Origin: Octopus vulgaris
Taxonomy: Eukaryota
Length of the DNA: 64,000 nucleotides
NCBI GenBank assembly: GCA_951406725.2
Contig: OX597830.1
Span: forward strand, 53,444,001-53,508,000
Direction: 5' to 3'
In this document: piece by piece, positions 40,705 through 51,766 of the stretch
Numbering within the stretch: position 1 is the stretch's first letter
Layout: each line of letters begins with the position of its first letter
Position numbers and translations under genes: made by a program
The notes under the pieces: model-generated
Databases searched by the model: none
What the model saw: the letters and a program-made list of their open reading frames with translations, nothing else
What the model was told of the DNA's origin: nothing

Positions 40705-43700
40705 ATATATGTATGTATGTATATATATGTATGTATGTATATATATATATGTATGTATGTATATATATATATGTATGTATATATATATATATGTATGTAT
40801 ATATATATATGTATGTATATATATATGTATGTATATATATATATATATGTATGTATGTATATATATATATATATGTATGTATGTATGTATATATATATAT
40901 ATATGTATGTATGTATATATATATGTATGTATGTATGTATATATGTATGTATGTATGTATATATATATGTATGTATGTATATATATATGTATGTATGTAT
41001 ATATATATATATGTATGTATGATATATATATATATGTATGTATATATATATATATATGTATGTATGTATATATATATGTATGTATGTATGTATATATATA
41101 TGTATGTATGTATATATATATGTATGTATGTATGTATATATATATATATGTATGTATGTATGTATATATATATGTATGTATGTATGTATATATATATGTA
41201 TGTATGTATGTATGTATATATATATGTATGTATGTATGTATATATATATATATGTATGTATATATATATATATATGTATGTATGTATATATGTATATATA
41301 TATATCGTCATTATCATCATCATTTGACATCCATTTTCTATGCTGGCATGGGTTGGATGGTTTGACAGGAGTTGAAGGCCTGTATGTATGTATGTATATA
41401 TGTATGTATGTATGTATATATATATGTATGTATGTATATATGTATGTATGTATATATATATGTATGTATGTATATATATATGTATGTATGTATATATATG
41501 TATGTATGTATATATATATGTATGTATGTATATATATATATGTATGTATATATATATGTATGTATGTATATATATATGTATGTATGTATATACATTTTTA
41601 TTTAGCCTGATGTGTCTTTTAAAGCACTGCACACTACCAGGAGTCTTGGCCCTCTGTCATCTCCTCTGTGAGTCCCAATGTCTATAGATCCTTTTTCACA
41701 ACTTCATCCCATGTCTTCCTGAGTCTACCTCTTCCACATCTTCCCTGTATAATTAGAAATCAGCACTTTTTAATGCAACTATCTTTGTTCATATGCATTA
41801 CATGGCCAAACCAGTGCAGTCTTCTCTCTTTCACACTGCATCTGATGTTACATATTCCCAGTTTTTTCTCTCAAATCACACTCTGTCATTTATGCACAAT
41901 GACACTACCCATCCAGTGAAGCATACTGGCTGGCTTCATTTCTTTCAAGTCTTCGCATATCCTCAGTAGTCACAGCCCATACCTTACTGCCCTGTAGCAT
42001 AGCTGTTCATACTCGGGTATTGTACAATCTACCTTTCACTCTGACAGAGATAGTAGCTTATATATATATGTATGTATGTATATATATATGTATGCTTTCA
42101 GAACAACCGCTCCCACTACTAACTTGGTCACCCAAGTAACCGAAACTGTCTACTATTTCTAAGGATCCAACCTTGAAGGACCGAGAGAGTGCCTGTGTCT
42201 GTATTTGACTACAAAGCACTTGAAACAATTAGTGAAAGCATTTTACAAGCTATCAGATCATATTTGCTTGGGAGTGAAAGCTAAGCATCTCTTTAAAGAC
42301 ACATTTCTCTCTTCCCTTATTTACAAATGAATGAAAGTATGTGGCCTGGTGGTTAGAGTGTTGCGCTTAGAGTCAACAAGACCATGGTTCTGATTCCTGG
42401 ACCGGAAGATGCATTGTGTTCCTAAGCAAAACTCTTCATTTCATGTTACTCCAGTCTGCTCTGCTGTAAAAGAGTAACCCTGTAATGGACCAGCATCCCA
42501 TTTAAGGGGTAATGCTGTGATTTAGACCACTTATACACCATAGCTCTGTCCACCTAGCCAGCAGGATGGTATCGTTTGAAAGTTGCGACAATATGAAAAA
42601 GTGCATTGTAACCAGTGATGTATAACAATATCAACATCTAATATTCTGGTTGATATAATGATTACTGTGATCTATATATATGAAACCTGCTTAGCACCCC
42701 CACCCTACAGCAGACCTATAATCAGACATTCCAGCCACGACCATCCTATCTTTTTTTCTATGTATGGGGAAACCAGGACTACAATAACCACAATATCCAG
42801 CATTTCCCCAGGTCATATATCAGGGTCAGTTAACCCTAATCAGTTTATTCACTTCTTAGCTCTTTCGAACAGTACCCCTCTACACTGCAAGACCAACGTA
42901 TGTTGTAAAATCTGGCCAACACAGATAGAAGATGTAGGTTCAATTCATGATCAGTGCCATTTCATTTCTTTGCACCAATAAATTCCTAGGGAAAGGCATG
43001 AACGTCATATAATCTTTCTTCTCTTCTTTGCTAGAATTATCCTTTAAAACTGTTTTTTCTTTAGCTCTACTTTTCATTTTATTTCTCATTTAAATGGTCA
43101 GGTTGGAACCAGAAGATACATGTCTCCAGAAATTCTTGAAGGAGCTATAACATTCACACGAGATGCGTTCATTCGGATTGATATGTATGCATGTGGCTTG
43201 ATTTTATGGGAACTTATGTCTCGCTGTTCTGGTATTGATGGTATGTTTCTGATACAGCTTTCTTTTTCATATCTTTTGTTGTTGTCATTGTTTGATGTTG
43301 TCTGGCATGTAACCATGGTCCCAAAGAGTTTGGTTTTTAACCACTAAAATCTGTGTTTTCAGCGCCTTGACCTTTTTGTTACCATATTTCTATTGAAATA
43401 CTCTGCATTTTCTATTTTTAAGAGATGAGGAATTATGTACATTATTTACATTTGACGGATATTTGTCCTCATCTTGTTTGTTGTCAATGCAACGTTTCAG
43501 CTGATACACCCTCCAGCCTTCATCAGGTGTCTTGGGGAAATTTCGAACCTGGGTTCTCATTCCTAAGGTATTTGTTGTTGTTGTTATTGTTGTTCAGGTC
43601 ACTGCCTGGAATCGAACTTGGGGTCTTGGGGTTAGTAGCCCGTGCTCTTAACCACTACGCCATATGCTTGCGGTTAAGAGCGCAGGCTACTAACCGCAAG

Positions 43701-46700
43701 ATTCCAAGTTCGATTCCAGGCAGTGACCTGAATAATGATAATAATAATAATAACAACAACAACAACATCAAAAAATACCTCAGGAAAGAGAACCCAGGTT
43801 TGAAATTTCCCCAAGACACCTGATGCAGACTGGAGGGTATATCAGCCGAAACGTATTAACAACAAAGATGAGGACAAATACCTGTTGAATGTAAATAATG
43901 TACTCTGCCTTTGTTTCAAATAACTTTGAAAATAATGAAGAATTTAGTATTAAAAAAAAGCAAAATTACCCTTTGTCATTATTAAATTGATGTTTGAAGC
44001 ATAAATTAATCTTTTTGTTATCAAATTTCTTCAAAAATAACCTGCCCTTTTCAATTAATTTTGATAATATTGATGTATTTAGTAAAATAGTTGTTGTTAT
44101 TAAGCTGCTGTTTTGAGCATAAATGAATGCAAAATTTTGATAGCACATTTTAATTCAGATAATTTTTGAATAGTATGTGTTGTAGAGCCAAGGGTGGTTT
44201 TGCACAGGTTGGTATTAAAAGGGCTAAGGAAGTCTGTATCATAGAAGCAAGGGTCATCTCCAGTGGATTGTTATCAAATGGGTTAAGTAACCCAGTCATG
44301 AGTAACATTGACTGGAGGAAAACCATGCAAGAAGCCTGTTGCAGATCTCTAACAGTGATTCATGATTTCAGCTTTATTGCATGCTTTGTCCAGTAGATCA
44401 AGGGATGATGTAGATTAGGGCTTTTCAGAGTGGTTCATGCAGACCTTTGGCATGGATGAATAAAAGTTCAGTGGTCTGCAGGGGATTAAATTTGCTTTAG
44501 CATTCAGATTACTCTGTCAAATGTAATGCATATATGTTCACTTTGATTTGAATTAATCATGCATTATCTTGTAGCTTTGAATTTTTAATGATGTAATTGG
44601 TTATTTTTACAATGACATTGTTAGGTAGGTGTGATAGGTCATATCTGGCCAGTTTGAACATAAAAGAGGAAGAAAATTTTGGGCTGGATATGGCTAGTTT
44701 AAATGTTGAAGAGTTAATCCATGTTATAACAGGGGAACAAAAGTTGTTGGATCATGCAGACAAGTTGCTAGATATTGTACACACGACACATCAAAATGTA
44801 CAGGTCATTTTAAATAAAGAAATGATCATGTTCTGACCAAAAAGATCCAAACTTTTTCAGTATTATTAATTCTTTTGATATCAGCCCACCTGATATCATT
44901 CCTGCTCCTATGATATAAACTTCCTATCAACATTAATTTGTTCCAGACAACAGCTTAATAACGACAAAATTATTTTACTAAATCTCTCTATATATAAAGC
45001 TGAAGCTGTCTGTGTATGGCAGGTTTGGTAGTCTTCAACTAACACTATCTCCTCCGAGACCCTGTGGCACAAGTTGACCAAAATTGAGAGTATGATAGAA
45101 GAAAGATTGCTCTTCCTTCTGTAGAAGAAAAAATTCAAATCGGACCATGTTAGCACCAAAAATTATTTACATCAAAAAGGTGCTTTTTTTCTATGAAAAT
45201 CCCTATTTTAAAAGATTTTTTTACTGCTGTGTCGCCATTTTTCGGTGAATTTCAACCAGAAAAATGTTCACTTAAAGAGAATAACAAGCTATATAATGCA
45301 AAATTTTTACTTTCCAAAAATTCAAATTCTAAAGGGTCGAAACAAACCCAAGCAATGCCTGGCAATACTGCTAGTTCTTCATAATTTTCAAAATTAATTG
45401 AAACAGAGATCGTATATTTTATCAGAAATATGGTAACAAAAGTGTTTTAGAGTGATCTAAATTATAACCTTCCGAAACGTTTCATGCTCATTTATGTTCT
45501 AAACACCAGCTGAATGATAGCAAAGTTATTTTACTAAGTTCTTTATTTTCAAAATATATTTCAACAGGAATACAGTAACGAAAAGCTTATACTTTCACTA
45601 TTACAAAATATAAATGGTTACAACAATCTATGGGTTAAAATGTTTACTACCAAAATGCAATTGTTTTTTTTTCCCCTTTTATTTATTTATTTATTTTTAT
45701 TTATTTAGGACCTGTTGATGAATATCAATTGCCATTTGTGGAAGAAATCGGTTTACACCCTACGTTGGAAGAGATGCAACAAATTGTTGTCATAAAGAAA
45801 ATACGTCCAGCAATTAAAGAAAGTTGGCGAAAAACAGCTGTAAGTTTCCTCTTGTTTCATTTCCCTGTTGGTAAATAACACTGTAACAACATTTTAATTT
45901 TTTTTTTTGTCTTTGGTCAGTAAGTGTTATTTTGTATTTACTTCTTTCTAGAAATAAAAGGAAATGACTACCATTCACTTCAAATTTTGTTTTTGTGACC
46001 TGGACATCAATGTTTTGAAACTGACCTGTTTTCCATTACATTTCAGACAGGTTCAGTGTTGAGTTGCTTAAGTGAAAAATATCATCATCATCGTTTAATG
46101 TCTGTTTTCCATGCTAGCATGGGTTGGACGGTTTGACCGGGGTCTGGGAAGCCAGAAGGCTGCACCAGGCTCCAGTCTGATCTGGCAGTGTTTCTACAGC
46201 TGGATGCCCTTCCTAATGCCAACAACTCCGTGAGTGTAGTGGGTGCTTTTTACGTGCCACCAGTACAGGTGCCAGGCGAGGCTGGCAACGGCCATGATCG
46301 GTTGGTTATTTTTATGTGCCACCGGCACGGAAGCCATAGTAAATATTTTGCTTAATACCACAGATTTGCTTGTCAGTTGCCTGACCATAACCAATTGAGC
46401 ATGTCCCTTAGTGGCTGACAATATGTGCATCTCTGATCACGAACAGGAGCAGTGGGGGTGCATTATAGCCTTGTGTTTAGAGGAATTCTTTATGGTTTGA
46501 ATAAATGTAACAAAAGCAAGGACAAAAATCTTATTACACAGGGTAATGATAAAGATATAGTTTTGCTTAAATGTTGGCTTTGGGTTCAGTACTCTACACA
46601 GCAGCCTGTGCAAGTATCATGCATTGGATAGCCTGAGGTGCTAGGAAATACATATTTTGAATTGTTCCTACACAAGAGCCTCTATGTAGTTGATTAACCT

Positions 46701-48577
46701 GCTAGAAATAGCAGCCAGATCTCTCAGATCATTCCTGAGTGTCTTATACACACACAAAACCAATATTGTAGAGTTTATAGACCAAACAAGCAGTTGTTTA
46801 TATATCATAATATTTTCTATTGATGTAGTGTTGGGGGACTCTGTGTGTGTGTGTGCTAAAGCCTGCTGATGTAATCGCAGAAACTTTGTATGTGTGATAA
46901 AACAAGAAATTAGGCCCCTTACACAAGGGAAATATATTTAAGAATCTGACAAACTAATATTCTGTTCACAGTGAGACCTGTCTCGTAACATTAGTAAAAA
47001 TCAGTGTTAGCTTTTTACGTCAGCATGATAGGGCCCCATTATCTGCAATAGAATTTCCTTTGATTTTAAAGAGTTCATATTTAAATTAAATGGTTTTTAC
47101 AGAAATTATTTTGGTTGGGTTTTAAATTGTTTCATATACCAACATAATGATGCAGAAAATTATTTTAATGCAGGCACAGGTGTAGCTGTGTAGTTAACAA
47201 GTTGGCTTCCCAACCACTTGGTTGTTGGTTTAGCTTTAGTGTGTGACACCTTGGGCAAGTGTTTTCTAGTGTATCCTCAGGCCAACCAAAGTGTTGTGAG
47301 TGGATTTGAATGGCAGAAACTTAAAGAAGTTTGTGTGTGTGTGCACACACGCGTGTGTGTGTACTTTTCTTAGCATAACATGCTAGTTGTCAATGAGTGT
47401 CAGTGTCATTTCTTTCCAATATTCTGCAAAAACATGTCTGGCCAAGGGGAAATATTACCTCGTTTGGAAATAGGTGAGGGTTAGTGACAGTGCATCTGGA
47501 TATAGAAAATTTGGCTCAATAAACTCTCTGACCAATGCAAGTATGGTAAAGTGGATGTTAAAACGTTGATGGCAATTATGATTTTCCAAATTCTCAATTT
47601 ATTTCCAAAATTGATAGAAACGTATAGACTATTATTTCTCAAAGTGGCACCTGTGGGAAGTTTTACATGGGTGCTGGAGAGAAAGGGATCAATAGGAGTG
47701 TGATCGGTGACTCTTTTAATTTCCCTAATATTCACTAGTATTTCCAGTCTTCATTCAATTTGCAAATCATTCGATTATGTTCATCATTATCATCATCATT
47801 TAATGCCCGCTTTCCATGCTAGCATGGGTTGGATGATTTGACTGAGGTTGGCGAACCAGACTCCAATCTGATCTGGCAGAGTTTCTACAGCTGGATGCCC
47901 TTCCTAATGCCAACCACTCTGAGAGTGTAGTGGGTACTTTTATGTGCCATTGGCACGAGGGCCAGTTTGGTGGTGCTGGCAAAGGCCATGCTCAATGGTG
48001 CTTTTTACGTGTCACCTGCACAGGAGCCAGTCCAGCGGCACTGGCGACGACCTCGCTCGAATGTTTTTTCACGTGCCACCAGCACAAGTGCTAAAAATGA
48101 TTTAACAATGTGCAAATAGTGTTTTAATGATGATCAGTCTTATTAGCAGCAATTTTTTGTGATGTTGCATTGTAAGCAAGGAGGCATTGAAAGAGTGTTA
48201 ATAAAAGAAAAGAGGGCAGTAGTTATAAAAGCTTTGGGAAGTACTGCCAAAGACAGTGTGTTTTTGGAGAACTATGGTTGTGAAAGGAGGAGGTGGTTAT
48301 GTTATTACGAGCGCTATGCCTGGTTGTTAAAGGGCTAATTAAGAACTAACAACAATTATTATCTTTCTCTCTTGAACAGAACATGGACTTATTGTGTACG
48401 ACGATAGAAGAGTGCTGGGATCAAGAAGCTGATGCTCGTTTGTCGGCAAAGTGTGTCGAAGAACGATTTATTCATATGATTTCAACAAATATATCTACCT
48501 CAGAAGCATCAACTCCAAGTATCGTTATTATGCCTACTGGCCAAGAAATTCCGTCAAAAGAAAGCAACATTTGTTGA
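36119..48577 (+). CDS. ACVR2A: Activin receptor type II (TGF-beta family type II Ser/Thr kinase receptor), spliced CDS join(36119..36418,38652..39373,43102..43240,45709..45839,48380..48577), 5' partial
   Basis: Cys-rich ectodomain with a CCCxxxxCN box, one TM helix, no GS box, kinase motifs [33 protein letters not shown] and ECWD..A.ARLSA. All junctions are GT-AG with matching phases (1,0,1,0). Probably the single co-ortholog of vertebrate ACVR2A/ACVR2B. Confidence 0.96.
38294..38499 (-). mobile_element. SINE family A, older subfamily
   Basis: Same core with CpG decayed to TpG/CpA. Confidence 0.75.
38652..39373 (+). CDS. ACVR2A: ActRII exon: juxtamembrane, TM helix and kinase N-lobe to DFG (722 nt; alternative start 38655)
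   Basis: Polypyrimidine tract then ttcAG|CAG|TT; donor CAG|GTAAGA. TM segment [25 protein letters not shown]; ends THGQ. Confidence 0.96.
40259..41305. repeat. Compound (TATG)n/(TA)n microsatellite, about 1.05 kb; resumes at 41381-41594
   Basis: Directly visible; source of the long spurious YI/CM ORFs. Confidence 0.98.
41306..42050 (-). mobile_element. RTE-clade LINE 3' end, interrupted by a microsatellite
   Basis: Homologous to 11375-11797 (tacaatctacctttcactctgac, gtagtcacagcccat). Ends in ccatccaacccatgccagcat...(gat)n. Confidence 0.7.
43102..43240 (+). CDS. ACVR2A: ActRII kinase exon (139 nt)
   Basis: Acceptor gtcAG|GTT, donor G|GTATGT. Encodes [46 protein letters not shown]. Confidence 0.96.
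43487..43530 (-). ncRNA. Minimal type I hammerhead ribozyme motif (PLE-type)
   Basis: Minus strand reads ACAC CUGAUGA A GGCUGG-AGGGUGUA-UCAGCU GAAAC GUU GCAU: canonical core, 6-bp stem II, palindromic AACGUU stem III, partly decayed stem I. Confidence 0.7.
43816..43856 (+). ncRNA. Mutated hammerhead motif (sense copy)
   Basis: ACAC CUGAUGC A GACUGG-AGGGUAUA-UCAGCC GAAAC GUA: core A9 changed to C, a stem II mismatch, and the 3' strand of stem I deleted. Confidence 0.55.
44983..45374 (+). mobile_element. Non-autonomous Helitron (392 bp)
   Basis: 5' TC(TCTCTATATATAAA), subterminal hairpin remnant CCCAAGCAATGCCTGG, 3' CTAG. Inserted between A and T with no TSD, splitting the host MITE sequence ttttactaaa|ttcttcat. 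Confidence 0.85.
45709..45839 (+). CDS. ACVR2A: ActRII kinase exon (131 nt; absent from the ORF track)
   Basis: Acceptor tttAG|GA, donor GCT|GTAAGT. Encodes [44 protein letters not shown]. Confidence 0.95.
46082..46336 (-). mobile_element. Family C short retroelement
   Basis: Near-identical to 21155-21410. Confidence 0.75.
47782..48091 (-). mobile_element. Family C short retroelement
   Basis: Reverse complement of 29530-29800. Confidence 0.75.
48380..48577 (+). CDS. ACVR2A: ActRII terminal coding exon
   Basis: Acceptor aacAG|AAC. Encodes [30 protein letters not shown]...PSKESNIC, then TGA. Confidence 0.95.
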   Translation, partial: NMDLLCTTIEECWDQEADARLSAKCVEERFIHMISTNISTSEASTPSIVIMPTGQEIPSKESNIC

Positions 48578-48593
48578 AGAGAGGGAAGGAATT

Positions 48594-48645
<52 letters not shown>

Positions 48646-48865
48646 TCACACTTGAAACAAACAAATAAAAAAAAACAACAAAAAGGAAGACAAAACTCCC
48701 GGATGTTTCAGTATTTAAACTGTTGCCAATTCCACACCTGACAGAAAACCATTTCTTTTTTTTTTTTTTCTGGTTGGAGAATTTTTTTTCTCCATGTGGG
48801 TTTGTAATATAACCATTTTTTTCTTTGGTCTCTCATCTATGAAACATCTGTGCGGGATATAAACT

Positions 48866-48898
<33 letters not shown>

Positions 48899-49827
48899 AT
48901 AATGATGTTGAGTTGATGATGACGACGATGATGATAATCAATTCTGACTGCTGTCAGGGGAAGAAAAAAGATATATATATATAGATAAAAATCTGTGTGG
49001 TTTGGCAATATATTGATTCCCCATCACCACCACCACCACCACACTCCCTATTCCGCACTCCCCTCTCCCTTTCATGTAGTTTATCAACCAACCAACCAAC
49101 CAACCAACCAACCAACCAACCAACCAACACCCTTAATAATCAATCATAATTTTTTTTTTTTTAATTTATCACACCATTTTTTTTTCTTTTCGTCAACCAT
49201 CCTAGTAGTGTTGTCAACCTATTCTGAAGGTTGACAACTGTCAATTAAAGTATCACCTTGCCTAATTAACTAAATTGGCTGAAAAAAAAAAAGTTTAATT
49301 TTTTTTTCATTTTATTTTATCTTTATTCTTTTATATTTTTTTCTAAATCGAATTGAAATCAGGGAAACACTTTGTTCTGGACAACATTTAAAATTTTTTT
49401 TTTTTTAATTTTAAAGTCTTGTTCTCCTTTTTTTTAAAATTCCTGGCTATCTTGAATGATGATGTCATTGTTTATCTGTCTGTCTGTTCAGTCTCTTCAC
49501 TGTATTATATATATATTATATAATTCTCACTGTCATCACTAGAGAGAAATGACTTTGTGTCATTCTTTCTACATTCACTCACAGTCCATAGCTTTTTTTT
49601 TAATAACTACCACCATCAATGCCATCACCATCATCTCTACCACCACTACCACCAACAACAACAACTGCAACATACCTATCATAAACCAAAACAGCGCAAA
49701 TTCTCAGCAAAATAAGTATCAAATAGCTTTATCTCTTTGTTACAGAATGGCCATGGGATGTTGGAAATAGGTTCACAGGAAAATGTAACAAAAGATATAT
49801 GGTTTATAAAACGCACATATACATACA

Positions 49828-49860
<33 letters not shown>

Positions 49861-50748
49861 CTAAATAGATAGAGGTTTTACTGGTTGTAACCAGCAGCCT
49901 GTAACCATGCTCTGTTAACGCCGTGTGTGCAGTGTATGTATATGCGTGTTTGTGTTCATATATATCTGTATATGTAAAAGGAGAGCCCTTGCCTGAGCTC
50001 TTATTTTCCATTATCATTTTGGGAGTGAAAGACCTTGGTTTTTTAATGACAAGCCTTCATTAATAGCACGGGTAGGTACAAAGCAAAGAAGTAGGAAACC
50101 AAAGAGTAATTTATACTGAAGAGAAAGGATTTGTGTGTGCGTGCATGCATTTGTTGTCTCCCCAACTTTCTATATTTTTTAGACAAGATATGCAAAGTAA
50201 GTTATTATTGGCACTATATTCAATGTCATCGAAATATCTCTGTCGTCCTTCCTTTTAACAGAGATGATATATTTCACTAAAAAGATGTTCAATTTAACAG
50301 AAAAAAAGAAACACCAAACCTGATTTGGATATTTTTTATAAATTTGCCAATATTTTTTATTCCTTTATTTTTTTTCTTTTGCCATTTTACTTTTTTCTTC
50401 TCATTTACTCTAGTTTCTGAATGTTCCCTGTCTTATCAAAATTTATAAGTGCTTGTGTGTGTGTGTGTAAAAGCATCAGGCTAGATGACTTTAACAGTAG
50501 TTGGTCTATGTTATCCTGAGTATCTTGCCTCCAACAGCCTTTCATTACTCTTGGGGCAACGAAAAAGATATTGTTAATAGTAGTGTCATATTGGAGCAAT
50601 GTTTAATTTATGATACCCTCCATTCTTCAAATATTACTCTTGTGTCGATTCACAGGAAATTGATGGCACTGCCCCCCACCTATATATATTTCTATCTGAC
50701 TGACTGACTGTCTGTCTGTCTATCATACATAAATATACAAACATATGT

Positions 50749-50797
<49 letters not shown>

Positions 50798-51733
50798 TAT
50801 TCATTTGGTGGTTCTATTTAGTGTGAACTGCTTTTGTTTAGACACAAAAAAAATATTTCAAGACCTGATCTAGATATAATCACTGTCTCTATGTATATAT
50901 TGAAAGAGAGAGAAATCTACATGTGTGTGTTTCTGTATGTGTATATAATCTAGATTCAATGTAAGCAGTTTTGATTGAAAGAAAAAGAAAAAAAAATGGT
51001 TCACCATTATCGGACTACCATGAAGAAGCATTTTCAGGTTTATTTCTCAGGTGTTAACATAGATTTGCCCGGCATCCATCTGTCCATTTTTTTATTCCAT
51101 AGAATTTCTTCATGTTATTCAACTCAGCATAAATATTTGGTTATCTTAACTAAAATTTCAAAATCCAGCTTGCGGGTAAAACAAAACAAAACAAAACAAA
51201 AAAAAAAAATGTAAAAAATAAAGCTTTCAACTAACTGTCAGTAGGTTTTTACATTACCGATTCTTAGCATGGCTTTTTATCTTTGTCTTCTATACCGAAA
51301 TACTTGTATTCTTATCTATACTATAACGTGTTGTGCTGAAGTAAGCCTCTTTGGTAGCTTAGAGAAGTTTTGGCATTTTTTCATGTGTGCTTGACATGTG
51401 TCAGTTTGTGTTTATGCCTGTTTATGTATATGTAAGTGTGTGTACGTGTACAAATGAATGTCTGTATTTAACATATATCTATATATATATATATGTGTGT
51501 GTGTGTGTATTTGCATTGAGTTTCTTTCTTTGAGATTTGTTAAGTTCTTCACAGAACTGAGGTGAATCATTAAGAAACTGACAAAGCTTTTTTTTTTTTT
51601 GCTTTAGTCAAGACAATTCTAGAGAGTTGTGAATATATGAGTTAAAGTGGGTATATGTGTTTGACTATGGATCTATGTACTTCTCATGTAGTGGTATGTA
51701 TGTCTGTTTACTACATAAGTGTATGTGATTGTT

Positions 51734-51766
<33 letters not shown>

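Larger units (their letters stand above)
43407..43903. mobile_element. Head-to-head inverted dimer of a tRNA-headed, hammerhead-bearing short retroelement
   Basis: Inverted arms at about 43437-43653 and 43672-43903. A box TGGCGTAGTGG, B box GTTCGATTCC, hammerhead core near the 3' end of each arm. Flanking direct repeat TACTCTGC at 43399-43406 and 43901-43908. Confidence 0.8.

Noticed and set aside
40101-41687. Long ORFs of 360-458 aa on both strands
   Set aside because: Translations of the (TATG)/(TA) microsatellite; stop-free only because of composition.
43595-43670. tRNA gene
   Set aside because: The acceptor and T stems do not pair properly; it is the tRNA-derived head of a repeat. The same applies to the heads of SINE families A, B and D.
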